Counted from the first letter of the stretch, positions 8,946-18,696 are shown. The stretch is 25,375 nt of DNA from an uncultured Oscillospiraceae bacterium (GCA_958451705.1 CAUDRD010000001.1:1-25375); one strand, 5' to 3'. Numbers and translations: made by a program. Notes: generated from the letters alone by a model not told the origin.

Positions 8946-10321
8946 AGGGATTTATCAAAATACATGAAAATGATAATGTTGCGGTAAATATAGAAACCGG
9001 ACATAAAAAAGCTCTTTGCCATATAAGCAAAGGCGAAAAGGTTATAAAGTACGGTTTTCCCATCGGCATTGCAACTGCTGATATTGAACAGGGCGAACAC
9101 GTACATTCACATAATCTTAAAACAGGTTTAAGCGACATTTTAGACTATCAGTACACTCCCGAAATTCCGGAGATAAAGCCTTTGGAGGCTCCGGAAATAA
9201 TGGCTTATGAACGTGAAAACGGGGAAATAGGTATAAGAAACGACATCTGGATAATAAACACTGTGGGCTGTGTAAATAAAACAGCTGCGATTCTCAGTGA
9301 AAAGACAGGTGCCTTTGCCTTTCCCCATCCTTACGGATGCAGCCAGCTGGGAGATGACCACAGAACTACTCAGAAAACTCTCTGCGGCCTTATAAAGCAT
9401 CCCAACGCCGGCGGAGTTCTCGTTTTAGGTCTCGGATGCGAAAACAATAATATACCTGAGCTTAAAAAGGTTTTAGGAGATTACAATGAAAAAAGAGTGC
9501 GCTTTCTTTCCGTGCAGGACTGCGGCGATGAGATAGAAGAAGGCGTAAAAATTATCGAAGAACTTAAAGTTCAGGCTGCAAAGGATAAAAGAGTACCTGT
9601 AAGCGCTTCAAGGCTTAAAGTGGGACTTAAATGCGGCGGCAGCGACGGATTTTCCGGTATTACCGCAAACCCCTTGGTAGGTCAGTTTACGGATATGTTT
9701 ACCGCTATGGGCGGCTGCGCCGTTTTATCGGAGGTCCCGGAGATGTTCGGAGCGGAAACAATACTTATGAACCGCTGTGTTTCCCGTGAGGTATTCGAGA
9801 AAACGGTAAATCTTATAAACGATTATAAGCGATACTTTATGGCTAACGGTCAGCCCGTTTATGAAAATCCATCTCCCGGAAACAAAGCGGGTGGAATTAC
9901 TACTCTTGAAGAAAAATCTCTCGGCTGTGTTCAAAAAGGTGGCAGAGCTCCCGTTGTGGATGTTTTGGATTTAGGGGAAAAGTGTGTTAAAAAGGGACTC
10001 AGTCTCCTAAAAGGACCAGGTAACGATATTGTGGCGGTCACAAATCTTGCCGCTTCCGGCTGTCACATAATTCTCTTTACAACGGGCAGGGGAACTCCCT
10101 TAGGGGCTCCGGTTCCCACAATTAAAATAGCTACCAACAATCATTTAAAAGAAAATAAGCCCCACTGGATTGATTTCGGAGCGGGAGATATGCTTAAAGG
10201 GGCAAATCTTGCGCAGAAGTTTGCGGAGTATGTCTTTGCAGTTGCCGGCGGACAGCAGACCAACAACGAAAAAAACGGATACAGAGAAATTGCTATTTTT
10301 AAGGACGGTGTTACACTGTGA
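8933..10321 (+). CDS. uxaA: Altronate dehydratase
   Basis: N-terminal SAF domain (GHKKAL...KYG..IG...HSHN), HPYGCSQLGDD, GLGCENN, LKCGGSDG, YENPSPGNKAGG, FTTGRGTP and C-terminal IFKDGVTL. Confidence 0.95.
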   Translation: MDDLKGFIKIHENDNVAVNIETGHKKALCHISKGEKVIKYGFPIGIATADIEQGEHVHSHNLKTGLSDILDYQYTPEIPEIKPLEAPEIMAYERENGEIGIRNDIWIINTVGCVNKTAAILSEKTGAFAFPHPYGCSQLGDDHRTTQKTLCGLIKHPNAGGVLVLGLGCENNNIPELKKVLGDYNEKRVRFLSVQDCGDEIEEGVKIIEELKVQAAKDKRVPVSASRLKVGLKCGGSDGFSGITANPLVGQFTDMFTAMGGCAVLSEVPEMFGAETILMNRCVSREVFEKTVNLINDYKRYFMANGQPVYENPSPGNKAGGITTLEEKSLGCVQKGGRAPVVDVLDLGEKCVKKGLSLLKGPGNDIVAVTNLAASGCHIILFTTGRGTPLGAPVPTIKIATNNHLKENKPHWIDFGAGDMLKGANLAQKFAEYVFAVAGGQQTNNEKNGYREIAIFKDGVTL

Positions 10322-11193
10322 TTATTGACGCACATCTTCATCTTTGGAAAAAGCAGGACGGACTTGTAGACGGCAGAAAGGTTATACCTCTTAAAAACGG
10401 ACTCAGCGACTTTGGCGGGGAAATAAGGCAGATGATGCCGCCCTATATGACCGATGGAGTAAACAGCGCAGAGATCCTCCTTGCAAATATGGACTATGCC
10501 GGTGTTTCTGCCTGTGCTGTAACTCAGGAGGAAATTGACGGCAATCAAGACGATTATCTTTTAGAGGTTAAGAAAAAGTATCCCGAAAGGTTTAGAGTTT
10601 GCTCCCTTTAGCGTGAGGGTATGCCCTATACTCTTGAGGGCTTTGACGGTATAAAGCTCTGTGCAGGGAGACTTAAAACCCAGGACCTGACAAAGCACTT
10701 TGAAGTTTTTGAGAAAGCCTCAGAAAACGGAAAATATATTTCCATTGACCTTGCCGACGGGGAAGCTCAGACGGGAGCTTTAAATGAGATAATAACGCAG
10801 CTTCCAAATCTTAAAATAGCAATAGGACATTTCGGAATGGTGACCCGTGAGGGCTGGAAAGAACAGATTCGCCTTGCCAGAAATAAAAATGTCTTTATTG
10901 AAAGCGGAGGAATAACCTGGCTTTTTAACAGCGAGTTTTACCCGTTCCCATCTGCCATTAAAGCCATAAAAGAGGCAGCGGAGATATGCGGCATAGAAAA
11001 GCTTATGTGGGGCAGCGACTACCCCAGAACTATGACGGCAATAACATATAAAATGAGCTTTGATTTTGTGCTTAAATCTAAAGAGCTCAGTGACGAAGAA
11101 AAGAAACTGTTCCTTGGCAAAAATGCCGAAGCATTTTACGGCTTTAAAAACCTTACCGTACCTAAGAAAATTAAAAATATGGTAGAGGATTGA
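10318..11193 (+). pseudogene. Amidohydrolase_2-family probable sugar lactonase, interrupted by one in-frame TAG (10609-10611); pseudogene, sequencing error or read-through
   Basis: ORFs 10318-10611 and 10621-11193 are in the same frame. The joined product (~291 aa) has DAHLH, GHFG and WGSDYP motifs. Confidence 0.85.
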
Positions 11194-11198
11194 GTTTT

Positions 11199-11330
11199 AT
11201 GAATGAACCCGATAATACCATTTTAATTTCCGCCTCTAACTTTGGCGTAACTCCGGTGAGAGAAGCTGAAAAGGAGCTTGAAGAAAACGGAAAACTCAGA
11301 AAGGAAAATAATTTTAAAAAATTGTTTTAA
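11199..11330 (+). CDS. Small 43-aa ORF of unknown function, possibly a gene remnant
   Basis: ATG 5 nt after the lactonase stop, AGAGGA RBS inside the upstream gene, located before the terminator: MNEPDNTILISASNFGVTPVREAEKELEENGKLRKENNFKKLF. Confidence 0.35.
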   Translation: MNEPDNTILISASNFGVTPVREAEKELEENGKLRKENNFKKLF

Positions 11331-11346
11331 ACTTAATGATTTATGT

Positions 11347-11380
11347 AAAAATCCCAACTCGGAAATGAGTTGGGATTTTC
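11347..11380. terminator. Bidirectional intrinsic terminator
   Basis: AAAAATCCCAACTC-GGAAAT-GAGTTGGGATTTT between convergent genes. Confidence 0.85.
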
Positions 11381-11418
11381 TGATAACAGTCTTATTAACT
11401 TCAATGGCGTAAACTCTT

Positions 11419-13002
11419 TTATTCAGAGTAGGGAACAATGCAATAGCTCTGAGCGGGCATTTTAATAACTGTGCCACTGTCGCAGAGCTGTATTTTTATA
11501 TCTCCGTGCATGATGAGTGCGTTGTCGCCAAATGTTACCGGAAGAGATACTTCGCATTCTCTGTCTGCAGGGTTAAAGCATACAGCTAACTTCTGCTGTG
11601 AACAGAACCTTGCAAAAACAAGGGGATATTTTTCATCCTCTGCATAGAGTATTTTAAAATCTGCTCTGTTTCCCAAGGCGGGATTTACTTTACGCATGGC
11701 GATAAGGTGTCTTGTGAAGTTTAAAATAGAATCCGGGTCGTTATCCTGGCTTTCAACTGTGGGTCGGTTTTCGTCCGGGTCAATGGGCAAATAAAGCTTT
11801 GAAGTGTCGGCGGTGGAAAATCCGGCGTTTTCGCCTATGGTCCACTGCATGGGTGTACGTGAGCCGGTGCGGTACATTCCGCCTTCCTTGCTTTCAATAT
11901 CGAGATATTTCATGCCGATTTCATCGCCGTAATAAACAATGGGAAGACCCGGCAGAGAAAAGACAAAGGTGAGTATCATCTCAATTTGCTCCTTAGTCCT
12001 TCCGTAGGACATACGCACAATGTCGTGGTTTCCCGTAGGCGTACTTGTCATGCCGCCTAAAGCTTTGGCATTTTTAACGTGTTCACTGTATTCTATAGCA
12101 AATGGCTCACAGGTTCCGTCACCGTCAGGATGGAAAAAGCTGGAGTCACCCATAAGCATCAGGGACATATATCCGGGGCAGGCCTGAAGATAGAAATCTG
12201 CGTCAAAACCGGCTTCAATGGCCTGAGTGGGATTAAACCATTCGGAAATCATCACCGTGTCGGGATACTCTTCGTTGAGCATATTCCTTATGTCTTTCCA
12301 TACTTCCTTTGTATATTTCTTGTCGTCCGTATCGTTTTTTACAAGAGAGAAAGCCATATCTACACGGAAGCCCGCAACGCCCATATTGAGCCAATAACGC
12401 ATAACGTCCTTTATGGCTTCCCTCGTTTTAACGCAGTCCGGATGATCCCAAGGAAGCTGCCAGGGCTTTTCCACTTTTCCGAATCCGAAATTGAGAGCCG
12501 GCTGTGACGGGAAAAAGTTGCACATATATTTTCCTGAACGCTCTGCTCCCTGATCCTTATGCATTGCGCTTGAGATGCTTTGGGGAAGAGATGGGTCCTC
12601 TGCTTCTTCATCTGTATCGGTCCATATGTACCGGTTTGTATATTCGTTTTTTTCAGCTTTCATGGACTCTTTAAACCAGGGATGTTCAATTGAAGTGTGA
12701 CCGGGAACAAGGTCAAGTATTATTTTAATGCCCCTTGCCTTTGCCGCTTCAATAAGACGCTTCATGTCGTCGTTAGTGCCGTATCTGGGAGCTATTGTGC
12801 AATAATCCGAAACGTCATATCCGGCGTCGTTAAAAGGGGAGACAAAGCAGGGATTGAGCCAGATTCCGTTACAGCCGAGAGACGCAACATAGTCGAGTCT
12901 TTCTATAACGCCCTGAAGGTCGCCGATGCCGTCTCCATTAGTGTCGTAGAAGCTCTGCGGATATATCTCATAAAGTACCGCTTTATCAAGCCAGCTTGCC
13001 AT
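11419..13002 (-). CDS. Glycoside hydrolase family 13 (intracellular alpha-glucosidase/amylase-type)
   Basis: YEIYPQSFYDTNGDGIGDL, GYDVSDY, DLVPGH, the catalytic motifs GFRVDMA / SEW / GNHD, YYGDEIGM and RTPMQW. Confidence 0.93.
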   Translation of the reverse strand: MASWLDKAVLYEIYPQSFYDTNGDGIGDLQGVIERLDYVASLGCNGIWLNPCFVSPFNDAGYDVSDYCTIAPRYGTNDDMKRLIEAAKARGIKIILDLVPGHTSIEHPWFKESMKAEKNEYTNRYIWTDTDEEAEDPSLPQSISSAMHKDQGAERSGKYMCNFFPSQPALNFGFGKVEKPWQLPWDHPDCVKTREAIKDVMRYWLNMGVAGFRVDMAFSLVKNDTDDKKYTKEVWKDIRNMLNEEYPDTVMISEWFNPTQAIEAGFDADFYLQACPGYMSLMLMGDSSFFHPDGDGTCEPFAIEYSEHVKNAKALGGMTSTPTGNHDIVRMSYGRTKEQIEMILTFVFSLPGLPIVYYGDEIGMKYLDIESKEGGMYRTGSRTPMQWTIGENAGFSTADTSKLYLPIDPDENRPTVESQDNDPDSILNFTRHLIAMRKVNPALGNRADFKILYAEDEKYPLVFARFCSQQKLAVCFNPADRECEVSLPVTFGDNALIMHGDIKIQLCDSGTVIKMPAQSYCIVPYSE

Positions 13003-13066
13003 TTAAATCACCTCATACAAAAAAATCAAATTTAGAACTGTAAAATATATTATTTTAAACAAATAA

Positions 13067-13095
13067 ATAGTATCACAATAAAATTTCTACGTCAA
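13067..13095 (-). promoter_or_regulatory. Putative sigmaA promoter of the GH13 gene
   Basis: TTGACG-17 nt-TACTAT with an extended TG. Confidence 0.65.
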
Positions 13096-13146
13096 GATTA
13101 CTATTTTTTCGACCGATAATCTTTTAGTATAATCGCATAATGCCTA

Positions 13147-13176
13147 TTGATTGAAAGGGGAGTTAAGATATATAAT
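13147..13176 (+). promoter_or_regulatory. Putative sigmaA promoter of purC
   Basis: TTGATT-18 nt-TATAAT. Confidence 0.55.
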
Positions 13177-13247
13177 AAATATAATAGTATGGTGCGGTCA
13201 GACTGCACTGAGAACTCAGTTTAACAAAAATTGAAGGAGCAGTAAAG

Positions 13248-13955
13248 ATGGAAAAGAAAGAAATGATTTACGAGGGCAAGGCAAAGAAAGTTTTCCTTAC
13301 AGATGATCCCGATGTAGTTATCGTTGACTATAAGGATGACGCTACCGCTTTTAACGGACTCAAAAAGGGTACAATTTACGGCAAGGGCGTTATTAACAAC
13401 AAGATGTCAAATTTCCTTTGCAAAATGCTTGAAGAAAAAGGTATACCCACCCACTTTATTGAAGAACTCAGTGACAGAGAGACAGCAGTTCGTAAAGTTG
13501 AGATAGTTCCCCTTGAGGTAATTATCCGCAATAAGGCAGCGGGAAGTATGGCAAAGCGTCTTGGACTTGAAGAGGGAACAAAGCTTCTTTGCCCCGTTCT
13601 CGAGTTCAGCTACAAGGATGACGCTCTGGGCGATCCCATGATCAACGACTCTCATGCTCTTGCCTGCGGTTTTGCAACAGCAGAGGAGATTGAGAAGATC
13701 AAAACAATGGCTCTTAAGATAAACGAGATCCTCTGCGAGTATTTTGCTACAAAGAACGTTGAGCTTATCGACTTTAAGCTTGAGTTCGGCCGTTTCCACG
13801 GCGACATCATCCTTGCTGATGAGATTTCACCTGATACCTGCCGTTTCTGGGATATGACAACTCATGAGAAACTTGATAAGGACCGTTTCCGCAGAGATAT
13901 GGGCAGCGTAGAAGAGGCATATGAAGAGATGGCAAAGCGTCTCGGACTTAAATAA
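13248..13955 (+). CDS. purC: SAICAR synthetase
   Basis: [36 protein letters not shown] and DKDRFR motifs; RBS AAGGAG. Confidence 0.98.
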   Translation: MEKKEMIYEGKAKKVFLTDDPDVVIVDYKDDATAFNGLKKGTIYGKGVINNKMSNFLCKMLEEKGIPTHFIEELSDRETAVRKVEIVPLEVIIRNKAAGSMAKRLGLEEGTKLLCPVLEFSYKDDALGDPMINDSHALACGFATAEEIEKIKTMALKINEILCEYFATKNVELIDFKLEFGRFHGDIILADEISPDTCRFWDMTTHEKLDKDRFRRDMGSVEEAYEEMAKRLGLK

Positions 13956-13980
13956 TTAACCACTCAGCGTGACTAAACGG

Positions 13981-14012
13981 GGCGGGAGGGACTTGCCTTC
14001 CCGCCTTTATTT
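13981..14012 (+). terminator. Terminator-like hairpin between purC and purB
   Basis: GGCGGGAGGG-ACTTG-CCTTCCCGCC followed by TTTATTT. Confidence 0.55.
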
Positions 14013-14034
14013 AAATATTAGAGGAGGAAGCAAA

Positions 14035-15465
14035 GTGAAAGATATTTACGAAAGTCCCCTTAATTCAAGATATTCAAGCAAAGAGATGAAATACATCTTT
14101 TCTCCCGATTTTAAGTTCAGAACCTGGAGAAAGCTTTGGATCGCCCTTGCAGAAGCGGAGCACGAGCTGGGTCTTAATATCACTCAGGAGCAGATTGACG
14201 AGCTTAAAGCCCATAAGGACGATATAAATTACGAAGTAGCGGCGGAGCGTGAAAAGCTTGTGCGCCACGACGTTATGTCCCACGTTTACGCATACGGCGT
14301 ACAGTGTCCCAAGGCAAAGGGAATAATCCACTTAGGAGCTACTTCCTGCTATGTAGGCGACAACACCGACGTTATCACAATGACCGAGGGACTTCGCCTT
14401 ATCCGCAAAAAGCTCATAAACCTTATGGACGCCATTTCAAAGTTTGCTTTGGAGTATAAAGACCTTCCCTGTCTTGCCTTTACACACTTTCAGCCTGCAC
14501 AGCCTACAACTTTAGGTAAGAGAGCGTCTCTCTGGCTTCAGGAAGTCCTTATGGATTATGAAGCTATTGAGTTCCAGCTTTCACAGATGAAGCTTTTAGG
14601 CTCAAAGGGAACAACGGGCACACAGGCAAGCTTCATGGAGCTTTTCGACGGCGACCAGGAGAAGATAAAGGAGCTTGACAGAAAGATTGCAGAGAAGATG
14701 GGATATAAGAGCTGCTTCCCGGTTTCAGGACAGACATATCCGAGAAAGCTTGATTCAAGCGTACTTTTCGTCCTCAGCGGCATTGCTCAGTCAGCGGCTA
14801 AGTTCTCCAACGACCTGAGACTTCTCCAGCATCTTAAAGAGGTTGAAGAGCCCTTCGAGAAAAATCAGATTGGTTCATCTGCAATGGCATATAAGCGCAA
14901 CCCCATGCGCAGTGAGAGAATAGCATCTCTTGCAAGATACGTTATGGCAGATACAATAAATCCCCAGATAACAGCTGCAACCCAGTGGTTTGAGAGAACC
15001 CTTGACGATTCCGCAAATAAGCGTATCAGCGTTGCGGAGGCATTTCTTGCAACGGATGCCGTGCTGGAGCTTTATATTAATGTTGTAAGCGGACTTGTAG
15101 TATATCCGAAGATGATAGAAAAGCACCTTTTAGCGGAGCTTCCCTTTATGGCAACTGAGAACATCATGATGGAGGCGGTAAAGAGAGGCGGAGACCGTCA
15201 GGAGCTTCATGAGAAAATCAGAGTTCACTCCATGGCAGCGGGCAGAGTTGTCAAGGAAGAGGGCGGAGCCAACGACCTGCTTGAGAGAATAGCAGGGGAT
15301 GAGGCTTTCGGAATAACAATGGAAGAGCTCAATGCCATGATGCATCCGAAGAACTTTGTTGGCAGAGCACCGGAGCAGACCGAAGAGTTTGTAAATGAGT
15401 ACATTAAGCCCATTCTCGAAGCAAACGCCGATGAGCTTGGACTTGAAGTTGAAATAAACGTTTAA
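14035..15465 (+). CDS. purB: Adenylosuccinate lyase
   Basis: RHDVM, HLGATS, THFQPAQ and the signature GSSAMAYKRNP. Start moved to GTG 14035, which follows GAGGAGG. Confidence 0.97.
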   Translation: MKDIYESPLNSRYSSKEMKYIFSPDFKFRTWRKLWIALAEAEHELGLNITQEQIDELKAHKDDINYEVAAEREKLVRHDVMSHVYAYGVQCPKAKGIIHLGATSCYVGDNTDVITMTEGLRLIRKKLINLMDAISKFALEYKDLPCLAFTHFQPAQPTTLGKRASLWLQEVLMDYEAIEFQLSQMKLLGSKGTTGTQASFMELFDGDQEKIKELDRKIAEKMGYKSCFPVSGQTYPRKLDSSVLFVLSGIAQSAAKFSNDLRLLQHLKEVEEPFEKNQIGSSAMAYKRNPMRSERIASLARYVMADTINPQITAATQWFERTLDDSANKRISVAEAFLATDAVLELYINVVSGLVVYPKMIEKHLLAELPFMATENIMMEAVKRGGDRQELHEKIRVHSMAAGRVVKEEGGANDLLERIAGDEAFGITMEELNAMMHPKNFVGRAPEQTEEFVNEYIKPILEANADELGLEVEINV

Positions 15466-15470
15466 GAAAA

Positions 15471-15505
15471 AGGAGGGAGCATAAAAACTCCCTCCTGTAT
15501 TTTTT
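15471..15505 (+). terminator. Intrinsic terminator after purB
   Basis: AGGAGGGAG...CTCCCTCCT followed by a T-rich tail. Confidence 0.7.
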
Positions 15506-15524
15506 ATAAGAAAGTATGTAAAAT

Positions 15525-15974
15525 ATGGAAATTAAAAAAATTACAAAAGATAAAAAGAAATATCTTGATTTACTCCTTTTAGGTGATGAACAAGAAGATA
15601 TGGTTAATAAGTATCTTTCTGACGGAGAAATGTTTATAGCGTCAGCTGAGGGGAAAGTACAGGGTCAATGTGTAATTACCTATAACGGAAACGGCGAATA
15701 CGAGATTAAAAATGTAGCTGTATATCCAGAATTTCAAAGGCGTGGAGTAGGCAGGAAGCTTTTAAACTTTGTTCTTGAATATGTAAAGCATAAAGATGGA
15801 AAACGCCTTATTGTAGGCACCGGAGAAGCTTTCAGCACCATGAACTTTTACAGCAGCTGTGGTTTTACAGAATATCGCCGTGAAATAGATTTTTTTACGA
15901 AGAACTACAACAAGCCTATATATGAAGACGGCTTACAGTTGAAAGATATGGTTTATTTTAAAAAGGATATATAA
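15525..15974 (+). CDS. GNAT-family N-acetyltransferase
   Basis: LLLLGDE, EIKNVAV, the acetyl-CoA loop QRRGVG and FYSSCGF. Confidence 0.9.
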   Translation: MEIKKITKDKKKYLDLLLLGDEQEDMVNKYLSDGEMFIASAEGKVQGQCVITYNGNGEYEIKNVAVYPEFQRRGVGRKLLNFVLEYVKHKDGKRLIVGTGEAFSTMNFYSSCGFTEYRREIDFFTKNYNKPIYEDGLQLKDMVYFKKDI

Positions 15975-15977
15975 TTT

Positions 15978-16012
15978 TAAAGACCTGTACTTTTTATAAG
16001 CACAGGTCTTTA
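15978..16012. terminator. Bidirectional terminator (GNAT/fhs)
   Basis: TAAAGACCTGT...ACAGGTCTTTA followed by a T run. Confidence 0.8.
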
Positions 16013-16034
16013 TTTTTTTCTAACTTATTCTCTT

Positions 16035-17702
16035 TTAAAACAGTCCCGTTATGTTTCCGTTTCCGTCAACGTCTATGCTCTCTGCGGCGGGGACTTTCGG
16101 AAGTCCCGGCATTGTCATTATGTCGCCGGTGAGAACTACTATAAATCCTGCTCCTGAGGAAAGCTTAACGTCACGCACCGTTATGTCAAAGCCGGTGGGT
16201 CTGCCTAAACGCTTCGGGTCGTCGGAAAGGGAATACTGGGTTTTCGCAATGCATACAGGCAATTTATCCTTGCCGAGAGCTTCTATTTCCTGAACTCTCT
16301 TAAGGGCGTTTGAAGTAAAGTTTACTCCGTCTGCGCCGTATATGTTCTTTGCAATGGCCTCTACCTTTTCCTTTATGCTCTTTGAAGTGTCATAGATGAA
16401 ACGGAAATCTGAGGGCTCTTCGCAGGCCTTTACTACCTTTTCAGCAAGGTCTGTGGCTCCGTCTCCGCCCTTTGCGAAACATTCGCTCAATGAGTATTCT
16501 ACGTCGATGCTGCGGCAGTACTCGGCAAGGGCTTCAATTTCTGCATCCGTATCGGTGCCGAAGCGGTTTATTGCCACAACTACCGGTACACCGTATTTCT
16601 TCATGTTTTCAACGTGTGCTCCCAGGTTTACAATTCCCTTTTTAAGGGCTGCAACGTTTTCCTTTGAAGTTTCGTTTTTCGGAACTCCGCCGTTATATTT
16701 AAGGGCACGAAGAGTTGCAACTATTACAATTGCACTGGGGGCAAGTCCCGCTGCACGGCATTTAATATCAAGGAATTTTTCCGCTCCAAGGTCGGAACCG
16801 AAGCCGGCCTCCGTAATGCAGTAATCTCCGAGTTTAAGGGCAAGTCTTGTTGCGGTTACGGAGTTGCATCCGTGGGCAATGTTTGCAAAAGGTCCGCCGT
16901 GGATAATGGCCGGTGTGTTTTCAAGGGTCTGTACAAGGTTCGGCATAAGTGCGTCACGAAGCAAAGCCGCCATTGAACCTACAACCCCAAGCTCCCTTGC
17001 ATATACGGGCTTTCCGTCTAAGTTGTAAGCTACAAGAATATCTCCCAGACGGTTCTTTAAGTCCTCCATATCGTCGGCAAGGCACAGTATTGCCATAATT
17101 TCGCTTGCAACAGTTATAATAAATCCGTCCTCACGGGGGAAGCCGTTTGCCTTTCCTCCAAGACCTACAACGACGTTTCTCAAAGCTCTGTCGTTCATAT
17201 CCATGCAGCGTTTAAATAAAATGCGTCTCTCGTCTATCTGGAGGCTGTTGCCCTGATGAATGTGGTTATCTATAACGGCACACAGCAGGTTGTTCGCTGC
17301 GGTTATAGCGTGCATATCACCTGTAAAGTGAAGGTTAATGTCCTCCATGGGAACTGCCTGAGAATATCCGCCGCCGGCAGCACCGCCTTTAATTCCGAAA
17401 ACCGGACCCAGGGACGGCTCACGCAGAGCGATAACTGCATTTTTTCCTATTTTTGCCATTGCCTGACCCAGTCCAACAGTGGTTGTGGTTTTTCCCTCTC
17501 CGGCAGGAGTCGGGTTTACTGCGGTTACAAGCACAAGTTTTCCGTTTGGTTTTGAGGCAAGACGGGACATAATATCAAGTGATATTTTTGCCTTGTACTT
17601 GCCGTAGGGAACAAGCTCATCTTCAAGTATTCCCGCTTTTTCAGCGATTTTGGTTATAGGAAGCATTTTAGCTTCCTGTGCAATTTCGATATCTGTTTTC
17701 AA
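16035..17702 (-). CDS. fhs: Formate-tetrahydrofolate ligase
   Basis: [45 protein letters not shown] and MPGLP. Start is TTG at 17702 after GGAGGG (KTDIEIAQ), not 17888. Confidence 0.98.
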   Translation of the reverse strand: MKTDIEIAQEAKMLPITKIAEKAGILEDELVPYGKYKAKISLDIMSRLASKPNGKLVLVTAVNPTPAGEGKTTTTVGLGQAMAKIGKNAVIALREPSLGPVFGIKGGAAGGGYSQAVPMEDINLHFTGDMHAITAANNLLCAVIDNHIHQGNSLQIDERRILFKRCMDMNDRALRNVVVGLGGKANGFPREDGFIITVASEIMAILCLADDMEDLKNRLGDILVAYNLDGKPVYARELGVVGSMAALLRDALMPNLVQTLENTPAIIHGGPFANIAHGCNSVTATRLALKLGDYCITEAGFGSDLGAEKFLDIKCRAAGLAPSAIVIVATLRALKYNGGVPKNETSKENVAALKKGIVNLGAHVENMKKYGVPVVVAINRFGTDTDAEIEALAEYCRSIDVEYSLSECFAKGGDGATDLAEKVVKACEEPSDFRFIYDTSKSIKEKVEAIAKNIYGADGVNFTSNALKRVQEIEALGKDKLPVCIAKTQYSLSDDPKRLGRPTGFDITVRDVKLSSGAGFIVVLTGDIMTMPGLPKVPAAESIDVDGNGNITGLF

Positions 17703-17873
17703 AACGGCACCCCTCCGAAAATTTATTTTATTTGTAAAATCAGTAAATAGTAATATTGAAAACAGCGTTAATAAATAAAGAAAATTTATTTTTACACAGT
17801 CTGTTTTCCTTATCATTATAACATAAATGTAAAATCCGTACAACGGCGGCGATAAAATAATAGATGTTAAGCT

Positions 17874-17903
17874 GAATAAAAGAGCCAAAATAGGAGCAAT
17901 ATA
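17874..17903 (+). promoter_or_regulatory. Possible forespore sigmaF/sigmaG-type promoter
   Basis: GAATA-16 nt-AGCAATATA just upstream of the GGAGG RBS of the M23 gene. Confidence 0.4.
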
Positions 17904-17922
17904 AAGGCGGAGGTAATAGGAT

Positions 17923-18696
17923 ATGCTTAATTTTAATAAAAAGGAATCAAGAGTGAAACTCTTTTTGCGAAAAAACGGTCTTTATATAGCCCTTGCATGC
18001 TGCCTTGTGGCGTCTGGTACAGCTGCATGGAGATATCTCGGTACAGGTAATATCGGCACTGTTCAGGAAAGCGGTACGGATTCAGGAATTGTAACTGAGA
18101 AAACCCCGGAGTATACTCAGAACTGGGACGAAACTCTTCCTGAGGGTGAAGAGGCGGGAGCAAATAAAACCGATGTTCCCGACGAACGTGAGGAAACAGA
18201 AGCTCCCACTGAGCCTGAAACGGAAGAAGCTGTTACAGAGCCTGCGTCAATGGTCAACAATGAGCTCAATACTCCCTACCAGAGCTTTTATATGATGCCC
18301 TGCGGAACTGAGATTATAAACGACTACAGCAACGGAGAAATGGTATACTCTGAGACAATGGACGACTGGAGAAGCCACAACGGCGTGGACTTTAAGGCGG
18401 AAAAAGGCGTACCGGTAAAGGCCATAAACGACGGTATAGTAACAAATGTATATACCGATGCACTTTGGGGAACCGTTGTTGAAATAGATCACGGCGGAAA
18501 GCTGGTTGCAAAGTACTGCGGCCTCGGAGCAAATCCTCAGGTGAAAAAGGGCACTGAGGTTAAGATGGGTGATGAAATCGGCGTGTTAGGTGATATCCCT
18601 TGTGAGAGCAAGCTGGGCAATCATCTCCATCTTGAAATAAGAATTGATTCTAAAATAGTGGATCCGTTGGCGGCAATGGGTAAGGCTGAACAATAA
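17923..18696 (+). CDS. Membrane-anchored M23/LytM peptidase-domain protein, SpoIIQ-like
   Basis: N-terminal TM helix, acidic Pro/Thr-rich linker, [15 protein letters not shown] (HxxxD), HLHLE (HxH) and VDP. Confidence 0.85.
   Translation: MLNFNKKESRVKLFLRKNGLYIALACCLVASGTAAWRYLGTGNIGTVQESGTDSGIVTEKTPEYTQNWDETLPEGEEAGANKTDVPDEREETEAPTEPETEEAVTEPASMVNNELNTPYQSFYMMPCGTEIINDYSNGEMVYSETMDDWRSHNGVDFKAEKGVPVKAINDGIVTNVYTDALWGTVVEIDHGGKLVAKYCGLGANPQVKKGTEVKMGDEIGVLGDIPCESKLGNHLHLEIRIDSKIVDPLAAMGKAEQ

Noticed and set aside
7623..10321. Standard galacturonate (uxaCBA) operon
   Set aside because: No uxaC, kdgK, eda or transporter in the operon; the flanking dehydrogenases and lactonase point to entry via an aldonate
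10621..11193. Independent 190-aa gene
   Set aside because: It lacks the N-terminal HxH strand of the barrel, and GAGGG is only 1 nt from the ATG; it is the second half of the interrupted gene
13969..14034. N-terminal extension of PurB
   Set aside because: It spans the hairpin; the RBS supports GTG 14035
17703..17888. N-terminal extension of Fhs in the ORF track
   Set aside because: AT-rich intergenic DNA; a strong RBS and the conserved N-terminus place the start at TTG 17702
17703..17922. ZTP or THF riboswitch upstream of fhs
   Set aside because: The region is AT-rich with no recognisable aptamer consensus or GC stems
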